A stretch of DNA of 64,000 nt. It comes from Schizochytrium sp. TIO01 (taxonomy: Eukaryota; Protista; Bigyra: Labyrinthulomycetes). The stretch covers positions 1,612,001 to 1,676,000 of the forward strand of contig SMSO01000035.1 in the NCBI GenBank assembly GCA_004764695.1, given 5' to 3'. This document shows, one piece after another, positions 9,556-19,404 of the stretch; within the stretch, counting starts at the first letter, position 1; each line of letters opens with the position of its first letter. The notes under the pieces were generated by a model. That model did not search any database, was not told the origin of the DNA, and was given only the letters and a program-made list of their open reading frames with translations. The position numbers and the translations under genes were made by a program.

Positions 9556-11205
9556 ATGTCGGGTGAAAGTCAAGAAAAAGAAGCTGCAGCAACCACCACA
9601 AGTACAGCAACCACAAGTAGATCAACATCAATTATGCCAATGAGAAACTTCTTGTTCTTGGGCCTTTATGCACTCGCGGCAGCCGGGGTTGCTGTGCTCG
9701 GGGCTGTAGCAACGAGGCATTTTTCAATACACAAGAAGGTGAACAACAGGCTGGTGGAGTGGCTTTTCATAGAGTCTCCGGAAGAGGTCTTCGAAGGACC
9801 TTCAGACCCTCGTTTTGGCGTACCCACATGGATGGAGCTTGAAGGGCAGGTGATGCAGGTGAAATTTGCGGAAATTCAGCAGCTCGATGATAAAGTTCCA
9901 ATGATCATTAAACATTCACCAGTGAAATATTGGGCTGCTCTAACTAAATGGAAGCCCGAGTATCTGAGTCAACAACTCGGGCTACTTACGGCAGTGAAAA
10001 GGAAAACATCTGAGTTTCCCAATTCTTCAAGTAGCAAAATTTTCACAAATTCTGTGTTTCTATATGAGTCAAACCAGCTGTTGATGCGACGGTGGGATGC
10101 GGATGGTAAAATAATTCCTTTTCCCCAATACGAAAAGATAAATATGACTGTGAAAGACTTCTTCAGCAGCGATTCAAATAGTGAGGTCATGTACTACCAA
10201 AAGGACCTACCAAATGAATTGGAAGATGACACGAACCCACGAGATTTCATGCTTGTCATTGATGATGAATCATTCAATTATTCAAGCGCAAATTTTAACA
10301 TGCATATGTGGTTTTCACGGGGTAATGTTCAAGTAGGCTTGCATCATGATCTTGCCCATAATATGTTTGCTCAGGTGAGTGGCTGCAAGCGTTTTGTAAT
10401 TGTTGATCCATCACAGTGGCGGAAGCTGCGATACTTTCCACGTGATCATCCTCATCATCGCCAGAGTCAATTAGAACTAGACGAGGTTGCAGCACAGCTC
10501 AAACATGATAAGTTCCCAACGGGCTGGGTCGCTGACCTTGCCCCTGGCGATATGCTTTATTTGCCTCCTGGGTTTGCGCACCGAGTCAGTGCATATGAAT
10601 GTAATAATCAAAGCGTATCTATAAGTGTCAACACCTGGTCGTACGGGATGCTTAGTCGTCTTTCGCAAGCAAGCACCACCTTGAAAAACATGCCGAAAAT
10701 GTTTGTAGAACCGAGCATGGCTCAAGCCAGGATTCTGAAAGCGAGCTCCCCATCTGCAGATCAAGGTTCTAATCCGAAGTCTGAGATGCTATCTCTTCGG
10801 ACCGTAGAGCTTCGAGCGCTTGCATTCTATTTAAAGGAAGTTTTGACAGGAGTGATTGGCGTTGCAAATGCGCGCGAGTTTCTGGCTGATGCCGTGAGTT
10901 CGGAGATATTGGGTTCCCAGAAAAGTCTTGCTGATGCGCTGCACTGTTCCGGCTTTGATGCAGCTCAGTGTCCAAGCTTTGTGAAAGATGTAAACTTATT
11001 TGCTGAAGAATATAAAGAGCTAGCGGACGAACTTGCCACGAGCGCACAAGCAATGATACACATATTTAGGCAATTTCCTGAATTAGATCCTGCTCTTATA
11101 GAAAAGGCGTTCGCTGATCATATTCAGCGTGTCATTGTTCTGGTCACATCTTTTTCCCATCTCTGCCGCTTTACACTGTGTCTTGCATCAATTTTTACCC
11201 AGTAG
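9556..11205 (+). CDS. JmjC/cupin-8 2-oxoglutarate oxygenase (FIH/HIF1AN-like) with N-terminal signal-anchor
   Basis: 549 aa. Hydrophobic FLFLGLYALAAAGVAVLGAVA segment; HxD...H iron triad (LHHDLAHNMFAQVSGCKRF ... LAPGDMLYLPPGFAHRV); FIH-like YFPRDHPHHRQSQ motif. Confidence 0.85.
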   Translation: MSGESQEKEAAATTTSTATTSRSTSIMPMRNFLFLGLYALAAAGVAVLGAVATRHFSIHKKVNNRLVEWLFIESPEEVFEGPSDPRFGVPTWMELEGQVMQVKFAEIQQLDDKVPMIIKHSPVKYWAALTKWKPEYLSQQLGLLTAVKRKTSEFPNSSSSKIFTNSVFLYESNQLLMRRWDADGKIIPFPQYEKINMTVKDFFSSDSNSEVMYYQKDLPNELEDDTNPRDFMLVIDDESFNYSSANFNMHMWFSRGNVQVGLHHDLAHNMFAQVSGCKRFVIVDPSQWRKLRYFPRDHPHHRQSQLELDEVAAQLKHDKFPTGWVADLAPGDMLYLPPGFAHRVSAYECNNQSVSISVNTWSYGMLSRLSQASTTLKNMPKMFVEPSMAQARILKASSPSADQGSNPKSEMLSLRTVELRALAFYLKEVLTGVIGVANAREFLADAVSSEILGSQKSLADALHCSGFDAAQCPSFVKDVNLFAEEYKELADELATSAQAMIHIFRQFPELDPALIEKAFADHIQRVIVLVTSFSHLCRFTLCLASIFTQ

Positions 11206-11666
11206 AATTGAATCGAAGATGTATTTTTAAAAGGGTCACTGTTAACCTTATGGTTTATGATCTGGGATAGTGGGTAGTCCATTATGAGTCAAACGAATGC
11301 AACACAGAAAAATCTGATTTTAAAATATTAAAAAAAAACATAGTAAGAAAGTCAGAGACCTAAAAAAATCATTTCCCTGTCGAAACACGATTTGGAAATA
11401 TCAGTATATATCATACAACAACTTGCTATACAGTGAGCACGAAGTTTAAGAAGAATATGCAAGATATTGATCACGGGCATTGTGCATTAAAAACATCTTA
11501 TCGTAGAGGACATTTGTAAAGAGCCTTTCAATATCGTCTTTATTTCACTCCTTCTTCTTGCGAAAATTATAACGTAAGAGGGCTCCCGGCGATATATCCG
11601 ATAAAGCAATAACGGAAAGCAACAATGGGAAAGGTGAACGTAAATCGAAACGAGTAAAGAACCAAA

Positions 11667-13118
11667 TTACAGCGATTTAGCAGTTCGGCTTTTTCGTGCC
11701 TCTCGTGCGAGAACAAGCTTTGTATTCCCCCAGTAGAGAATAATCTGCGCGAGCATAATTCCATTGACGATAGTAGACAGTATGACAGATCCAAGCACAA
11801 TGGGGTCATTAACCTCAGTGAGGGTAGTGAAAACTCTAACAAGCAGCCCAAGAAAGATCATGAGCTGTGTAATGAAGGATAGCGGACCAGTGTGCTTATT
11901 AGCATAATTTTCGAGGATCTGAGGTAATGCTCCAGAAAGTGCAATAACAGACGCAAGAATAGGCATCGGCAAAAGTTTTTCTGGGCGACTTTTCATAGCC
12001 GAGGTGGCCACGGTACCAGAAAAGATGAAAAATGACACTGAGTAGACAATCTCAGTTATCAGAGAGGTGTCTCCATAAGTCCATATGAGTGCGACAATGA
12101 TAAGCTCTTGCAAAAGTATAGAAAAACTATCTCCCCACGATGTGAACGGGTGTTGATTTGCAACCGAGTAAACCACTGTAAGTACAAGAGAGAGAATACT
12201 GGTGTAGGATTTGATTGGAGAGAGGCCTTTAACAGTTTTCGCTTGAACAATGGACGCAATCTGCGGTACCTTTACACCAAAGCTTGCCACAATAAGTATT
12301 GTGCCGAGTAACTTTGAAAGATGTTCTGCGTTCGTGTGCAACATCATAAATTTGACAGAACGATCCATCGCAACAAGCAAGAAGATAAGATATACCCACA
12401 ATGCTAGGGATAGTGGTGTATCATCAATATCATCTGCAGTGTCTACAGAGGCGCGTTGTCGCCTTGAACGTTTCATGTAGCTAGGGACTCGAAGGCGGTC
12501 CAGAAGTGAGGATGTAAAATTAGGTGGTTCATCATCAGAGTCTTCCAGCTCTCTTTGAATGTCCTTCATTTTACGCAGGCGTGACTTGCGTCGATCTTCT
12601 GCTTCAGGATCAAGAGTGTCGTGTTGCTTTGATTTTTGGTTCTGTTTCAATGCGCGCCTAGTCTCTCGCTCCAAATCAAGTTGCTTTTGTCGCTGAGCTT
12701 TGCGCATGCGCATGGAGCCCGCACTTTTCTTAGAGGAATTGCTATCCTGTTTATACATGGTGTGCGTGGTTTTGGCTAGCTCTTCCGGTTCTTCTTGAAC
12801 ATCCGATTCATGAACTTCTTCATCGCTAAGCACGTCGTATGCGTCGGGTTCTTGTCTTGTGGCAGGCTTGTGCTTTGGTTTCCTACCCTTGCCTTTATGT
12901 GATCGCTTTGACCCCAAGACAGGATTCTTGCCATAAAGCGCCAGTTGTGTCCGTAGCATTTGATCCTTCTTGGCAGCTCTCTCTGCCTGTTTCGCAAAGT
13001 ACTCTTCCCTTTCACTCTCGCTCATCGCAGCCACTTCTTTGTTCCGCGCAGCTTCCTCTTCTGCCTCCAGTCGAAGTTCTTCGTCCAAGTAGCTTGCATC
13101 CTCATCAGAATGCCCCAT
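11667..13118 (-). CDS. PQ-loop membrane protein, MPDU1/Lec35-like, with long charged N-terminal extension
   Basis: C-terminal half has two PQ loops (LSKLLGTILIVASFGVKVPQIASI; ALPQILENYANKHTGPLSFIT), HPFTSWGD and NGIMLAQIILYW, matching MPDU1. First ATG is at 13118 (the ORF track starts at GTG 13127). Confidence 0.85.
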   Translation of the reverse strand: MGHSDEDASYLDEELRLEAEEEAARNKEVAAMSESEREEYFAKQAERAAKKDQMLRTQLALYGKNPVLGSKRSHKGKGRKPKHKPATRQEPDAYDVLSDEEVHESDVQEEPEELAKTTHTMYKQDSNSSKKSAGSMRMRKAQRQKQLDLERETRRALKQNQKSKQHDTLDPEAEDRRKSRLRKMKDIQRELEDSDDEPPNFTSSLLDRLRVPSYMKRSRRQRASVDTADDIDDTPLSLALWVYLIFLLVAMDRSVKFMMLHTNAEHLSKLLGTILIVASFGVKVPQIASIVQAKTVKGLSPIKSYTSILSLVLTVVYSVANQHPFTSWGDSFSILLQELIIVALIWTYGDTSLITEIVYSVSFFIFSGTVATSAMKSRPEKLLPMPILASVIALSGALPQILENYANKHTGPLSFITQLMIFLGLLVRVFTTLTEVNDPIVLGSVILSTIVNGIMLAQIILYWGNTKLVLAREARKSRTAKSL

Positions 13119-15318
13119 CTCAGCCACAGGGAGTAGTGCACGTGCTGCACAAGGACGAAGTGTCTAGGGTAAGTAAGGGTCCACCTGCTGACTTTGGTAA
13201 AATGGTCGCGGAGCGACCCGGAGCTCTCCGCGTCTAGAACCTCTCCGCGTACTCTATGAGTTTATTGCTGTGCTCTTCAAAAATGGTCTATATGCGCTCC
13301 TGCAAGTTTGTGCACTGCTATGAGCAGTACTACCACTCCCTACAACCTTATTTGTTTACTTGAACAACTACTTTCCTCGATGCAGCGTGCACGTGCTGGG
13401 CGAGCAGACTCGTCTGTGTGTGCTCTTCTTCGAAGCGCTGTGTTGCCTGAATAAGGTAGCTCCTGGTTTGCCTGGGCGGAAGATGCAGAAAGAGGGGGCG
13501 TGGTACTTACCTAGGTGTCTTGCTGTTGCTGCGGATGTGCTGCCTGCAGAGTTTGATACTCGTAAGCAACTGTTCACTCATACAATATTTCTGCTGCTTA
13601 TATTTTTGATGCTGTTGTTGTACCTACCTACCTACACCTGTCTAGGTAGGTAAGTAGTTAGGCCTACCTAGTACTACCTTTTTACTCAAAGTCTGATGTA
13701 CTTCCACCTTTAGATATTTTTTCATGATTCTCTAGAGGCAGGCTAGGGTTGGTATTGTGTTCTTAAATACAGTTTTATTGAACAAAAACAGTGGCTGTGT
13801 TCAATGAGTTTAGTAACTTGTGGCTTTGCTTTCTTCTTTCATCCATTGAACTAGGTAGATATGTGCTATAAGAGTCTGCATTTTAAAGGAGCTAGCCGCT
13901 ATCCATGTTTAGGGGTTCATGAGGGATGCAATCCAAAAACGTTGGCGTGCACATCACACCACCAACGAATAATCAATTCTTTGGAGTTGAAAATTTGGCA
14001 GGCCAAGTACAATTCAAAGATCACCTACACAACAGTATCCTGTTTCTGAAAATGATTTGGAACTAGGCTAGGGAGACCCTGCAAGTTAAAATTAAAATTA
14101 ATGACGAAAGCAACGAGGAAAAGCTTGTCAAACTACTTAGCTCGCTCACCTGTAAGCTCAATATGTTGAAGTACTTATAGGAGTAGCTTGTGACTAGTGT
14201 GAAAGTGGCATATCAATGAATGTACCCAACTTGAAGTAAAAGGATTGATAGGAGTAACCTTTCATAGTTGTTTTCTTTGTTATTGTGTCTACGCACTATA
14301 GCAAAGCTCTGCCTGCGCCGACTCGAGGATTCTCAAAGACAAGGCACTCTCAGACTACATTGTAGACATATACACTGGTATTTGGGCTTCCACCTGCCTG
14401 TGACCTCTAATTAATAAAGGTGCTTCATAGATATGTTTTTTCAGGTTGTTACATCGCTCGCTGACGTGGGAGCGTAATTTTGGGGGAGGAAAAATAATTA
14501 ACTAGGATGTTTCAATCAACAAGGCTTTGTATCAGGTGAAGACAACTTTAGAACTTGTAGGGAGAAGGCGCGGCAAGCAAGAATGAATCAATATACTGTT
14601 GAGCAAAGATGAGGTTCAAGATAAAGGGCTAGCATAGACGATAGACATAATTGCAGACAGAAAAGGAATCAAAGGATGAATTATAACAAAGCGTGCTTCA
14701 TAGATAGGTAATGTATATCCCACCAGATGTTCTCAAATACTCAAGCGGTTCCTGAGTAATATAATAAGATGCGCATTAAAACTTCGCTAACGCGCATGGT
14801 GGGACAATTGATGGGTAAACCCTCCACTCCCTTGGGATAGTCTTGGAATGGTCTTTTGATTGTAATTGTGGATTCAGGGATGCACATTTGGAAAGGGTCG
14901 ATTGAAAGTAACGAAGAAAGGAAAAGCGAATGCTGTTAAGCATACGATAAGAGGGCAAAGTGGATGACTGTTAACTCCTCATTGTCTGCTTTGTAATAAT
15001 TGAGCAAATGAGCAGTATCAATGATATTTAAGTATGACAGTAATGCTCAGTCCCCTGGAATGACAAAAGATGTTTCTGAGTAGTTGGGTGTGGAGAGCGA
15101 TGGGTTTTGGAGATCCGTGGCTGTGACCTGAAAGGTTTTGTTCATGAGTGGACAAACAGCGACGTGCTTATTGTGAATATCACAGTACTTTTTCTTTCTT
15201 CTCTTTAAAGTATAGTCACTTTTAGTGAAGTGCTCCTGAATGTAGCCAGGTGCAATTATAGTAGCTGTGCTATTTAATCTTTTAATTTCGTGTATCGAAC
15301 AGAGAACTACGAGAAAAA

Positions 15319-16470
15319 TTAAAAGATCTTGTATTGCTTCTTGAGGCGGAGACGCTTCCAGCTAGGCAGCATGGCAAACTCAGACTTTTTCATGCCGAAT
15401 GCCGCCTTGAAAGATTTAGAAGTGATGTACAGTTCGAGTTGTGAAGCGTCCATATTGTCATCTAGCTCACCCATAGCCTTCATGCGCTGGACATCTTCAA
15501 GAGTGTAGGGGTACTGTTCAGGGTCGTCCTCGCCATCATCATCTGATTCTTCAGCAACCTCTTCGATGACTTCTTCTTTGGGGGCTTCCTCGGAAGCCTT
15601 GCTGCGAGATGATTTGCGACTAGCCTCACTGGAGCGGCGGCTGGAGCGGCTAGACTTACCGCTGGAGCGGCTAGAGCGGCTAGAGCGTCGGCTGGAGCGG
15701 CGCGAGGAAGACTCAGCAGCAGCGTCGGCGTCTTCATCTGCAGCAGCGTCGGCGTTTTCATCTGCAGCATCACTGGACTTTCCGAAGAGCTCCTCTTCCA
15801 TGCCCTCAGGAATAACAACACCGTTTTCCAGAGCAAGTTGGCGCAGAAGAAATGCAGGCATGGGTCCGTTTTTCGAAAGGCCAGGGAGAGCAATGGGATC
15901 CCGCACAGAAATTCTGGCAAGAAGAGAGTAGGAACCAGCTGTTTCCGCCTCATCCTCGGCCTTGCGAGCGATCTCAGCCTCTGTAAGGGGAGCCTCGATG
16001 CTCTTCATTTTAGTGTACTCATCGAACGACAGCTCCTCAGGGGTAGAAACGTTGTATTCCTCAATAGACACAGAGCCGAGGTCAAGAATAACATCCTTGA
16101 TGCTGGAAATAGAACTCGCGTAGAGCATTTTTACGCGGGTCTTGGCGTTCTCCGGAATATACTTGATGAGAAGGCAGTCCGATGAGCTGCGAAAAAGCGC
16201 GAATAGGCACGGATTCTCGTCATCCACCTTACCGGCAAGATCGTCGAGCTTCTCAGACCAGTCGCGGTCCGAAAGACTTGGAATGCGGAAGAGCCTTTTC
16301 CCGTTGAGCTTCTCGCCAGAGACCTCAACTTTCACGCATCCAAGGCTGGTGCAGGCGTCTTCAATCATGCCAACGAGGGAAGAGCTGGGCTTGATGTTGC
16401 TGCTGGCATTGCGTCCAACGTCCTGCATACCCGGCAGGGCGCGGCCAACGCTCACGGAGAATCTGTTCAT
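15319..16470 (-). CDS. Actin-binding protein: twinfilin-type ADF-H domain + Ser/Arg/acidic linker + C-terminal villin headpiece
   Basis: ADF-H motif DDENPCLFALFR...LLIKYIPENAKTRVKMLYASSISSIK followed by the twinfilin linker-like APLTEAE. C-terminus LELYITSKSFKAAFGMKKSEFAMLPSWKRLRLKKQYKIF matches the villin headpiece consensus. Confidence 0.88.
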   Translation of the reverse strand: MNRFSVSVGRALPGMQDVGRNASSNIKPSSSLVGMIEDACTSLGCVKVEVSGEKLNGKRLFRIPSLSDRDWSEKLDDLAGKVDDENPCLFALFRSSSDCLLIKYIPENAKTRVKMLYASSISSIKDVILDLGSVSIEEYNVSTPEELSFDEYTKMKSIEAPLTEAEIARKAEDEAETAGSYSLLARISVRDPIALPGLSKNGPMPAFLLRQLALENGVVIPEGMEEELFGKSSDAADENADAAADEDADAAAESSSRRSSRRSSRSSRSSGKSSRSSRRSSEASRKSSRSKASEEAPKEEVIEEVAEESDDDGEDDPEQYPYTLEDVQRMKAMGELDDNMDASQLELYITSKSFKAAFGMKKSEFAMLPSWKRLRLKKQYKIF

Positions 16471-17984
16471 GGTGATTAATGTGTGTTTGCAAAAGAAGAC
16501 TGGGTTTCGACTACCTCAGCCTGTTTAAGAGTTTCAGTAAGCAAGCAAGGGACCTCAGAACCAATTGCTTTCCCCAAGTTGGAATCGTCTTTGCAAATGC
16601 AATCTACAATCTTCAGTGGATATAATGTGTCTATATCCTCCTGAGTCTCGTGTTCTTCGTCAGGACGACTGACTGCCCCACCAGCCAGTTACGAGATGAC
16701 TCCTTGTAGCGTTCGCTGGAGTTTTCCCGAGGGATCCTTCGAGTTCTCAGACCTGATTTGATCGGTCGCAAGGTTTGCGCTGTAGCCAACAAGCAAGCAA
16801 GGAAGGAAGCAGGTGAAGGTGGCAGTAACGTGAACAAGAGCAAGGAGCTGGCGGCTCTGGCTCAAAATGGACCTCGCACTTGCAACGTGCTGGTGGGTCC
16901 GGGCTTGCGGAAGCTTCTATCAAAGGTTTGCTTGCACAATGCTTGCACAGGGAGGGCTTGCGGATGCAGGTTAATACTTGACTGCAGCGGCTCTGCCGGA
17001 GAGCGCTGCGCCGACTCGGCTTTGCCCGACCCGCGCGTGGGCGGCGCGCGCTCTTTTCATGTACCCATCACGAAGAGAAAGAAACAAATAGGCAAAGAAT
17101 GAATGAAAGAAAGAATTTATTTATTTCGTTTTAAAATTAAACATGATAGTTTAGAAAAAGAATGAAAAACGCTATAAATCCCGTTTTTATTTATCTAGGT
17201 AGGTACAATGGTTAGGTAGTAGGTATTAGATGCGTACTAGACAACATAAATGTTTAGCCTATTTATATTTGAAGATAAAATAAAAATAAAAAGTGGAAAG
17301 AAGTTAAGGAAGAGAGGGGAAGAAAGAAAGCTTCTTGCTCAAGTTACTCCCTTATTAAGTGTAGGTTCTGCTTATGCAGAACTTTCAAAAACGGGGAATC
17401 GTAAAATAGATTTTGTTCGCTCTTCCTTATCTCTGAAGGGAATCAAACGATTCCAAAACAGAAAGAAACACTGAAAAAAACGTCTTAAAACAGAAATACA
17501 CTCAGCAGTGCTATTGTTATTATTATATAAGTATACTAGTACTGGGTGCGCATGTTTTTCTCAAGTTTCAAGGTTCTTTTTACGGGATCCTCTCAGCGCT
17601 TGACTTCTGAGAAACAAATGAAGGATCATAACTTCTTAGGCTCACATTCCGCACAATTGGCGCAGGCACTTTCTAGGCCATCTTTATTTATCCCAGTCTG
17701 ACGCTGAGCCGACATCGTAACGCCTTGTTATCTCCTCCACGTCAGTAGGTGCCCTCTACGACAAACGAATGAATCATTGAACTACTACTTTCTCTCTCTC
17801 TCTTCTTCTTTTTCTTGCTTTTCATCATTGTGGTAACTAGGGATTTATTATTATTTAAAGAGACAAACTATAAATTGCAATGCAATGAAATGCACACACA
17901 CTCTGTTTCCTTAGCTCGAAGTACGATTTGGTAGAGAGAGATATCTTGAGCATTCATTGTGAACAAGAAAGAGTGCACCCCTCA

Positions 17985-18955
17985 CTCCCTCCCTCCCTCC
18001 CTCCCTCTCTCACTCATTCATTCATTCATTCATTCATTCATTCGAGTCCGTCTTTCTTTCTTTCTTTCTTTCTTTCTGCCTGTGGAGTCCTGCTTCTTTG
18101 AGATGCGTTGTTGTTCTCTCTCCCTGAAGAAATGAATTGAATTGAAATGAAATGAAATGAAATGAATTGAAATGAAATGAAATGAAATGAAATGAAATGA
18201 AATGAAATGAAATGAATGAAATGAAATGAATGAAATGAAATGAATGAAGAAAAAGGAGGTACCTTGATATGGAATGAAGAATACCTTTCGCAGGGATACA
18301 GACTTTCGAGTTTTCCATTTGCTTTAGGTCTTCTTCATCCCCTCTTCGAAACTCCAAGTTCGATCAACGATGGAATGAGCGAATGAATCAATGAATCAAT
18401 GAATCAATGAATCAATGAATCAATGAATCAATGAATCAATGCTAACTTCTGTTGATGGACGGATCATGGAGTTAGCGAGGCTTGTGGAGAGTGGAGCAAA
18501 CAAGCGACCAATCAAGCACTCCACATGAACTTGAGCTCGAGCTTGGAGAGGAAGTTGAAGAGGAAGTTGAAGAAGAACAGCTCCAACAAACAAACAAACA
18601 AACAAACAAACAAACAAACAAACAAACAAACAAACAAACAAAAGAGACTCACAAAGAGATATTGAGAGAGAGCAGACGGACGAACGAAGTGCAGAGGAAG
18701 TCCAGTCAGCCAGCAACCGAAGACGCACAGCCTGGGAGGCAGCCAAGGCCCCGCTCCGGTCCCGGCTTTGCCAGGTTTCCACCCCGCAGCGCTCGCTGTC
18801 TTGCCTGCCGTCAGCCTGGGGAGCGGAGCAGAGTGGCCCAAGGGAAGGAGGGTACCGGAGTCAAGAGATGTTCTGTCATCTCACTCACATACATACATAG
18901 CATAGCATAGCGTGTGTATTCATTGCATTGCATTGCATTGCATTACATCATCGTA
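17985..18955. repeat. Compound microsatellite cluster: (CCCT)n, (CATT)n, (CTTT)n, (GAAAT)n, (GAATCAAT)n, (AAAC)n, (CATAG)n, (CATTG)n
   Basis: Direct read of successive short tandem arrays. Confidence 0.9.
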
Positions 18956-19370
18956 TCAGTGGAGAAAGAGATGAAGAAGGTCCATAGTGAGTGAGGGATC
19001 ATCGCAAGGCTCGCCGAGCAGAACTAACTTCTGTGCCGACAATCCCAGCGGAAAGGCAATGCGATGGTCGAACTGACGGCCCTCCTTCGTTCACAGATGG
19101 CGGCAAGCTGCTGCGAGGACCTGGGGTCCTGGAAGGACGAGCACTCGACGAAGAGGAGATTGTCAAAGTCGAGATGAACTTGCTTGAAGGCGGAGAAGCA
19201 GCCAACAATAGCAGACAGACAGCTAGGTACCAAGATGCCAAGGTAGCGAGGGAGCCATCGAAAGGCATTCAGGGCTCAAGCACAATGGCAACAGAGGCCC
19301 AGTCACGGTCGCGGTGTATGTTCAGTATGAGCTCTATTTCTTGCGAAAGCTTGGTTGTGTCTTGCAAAGC

Positions 19371-19404
<34 letters not shown>

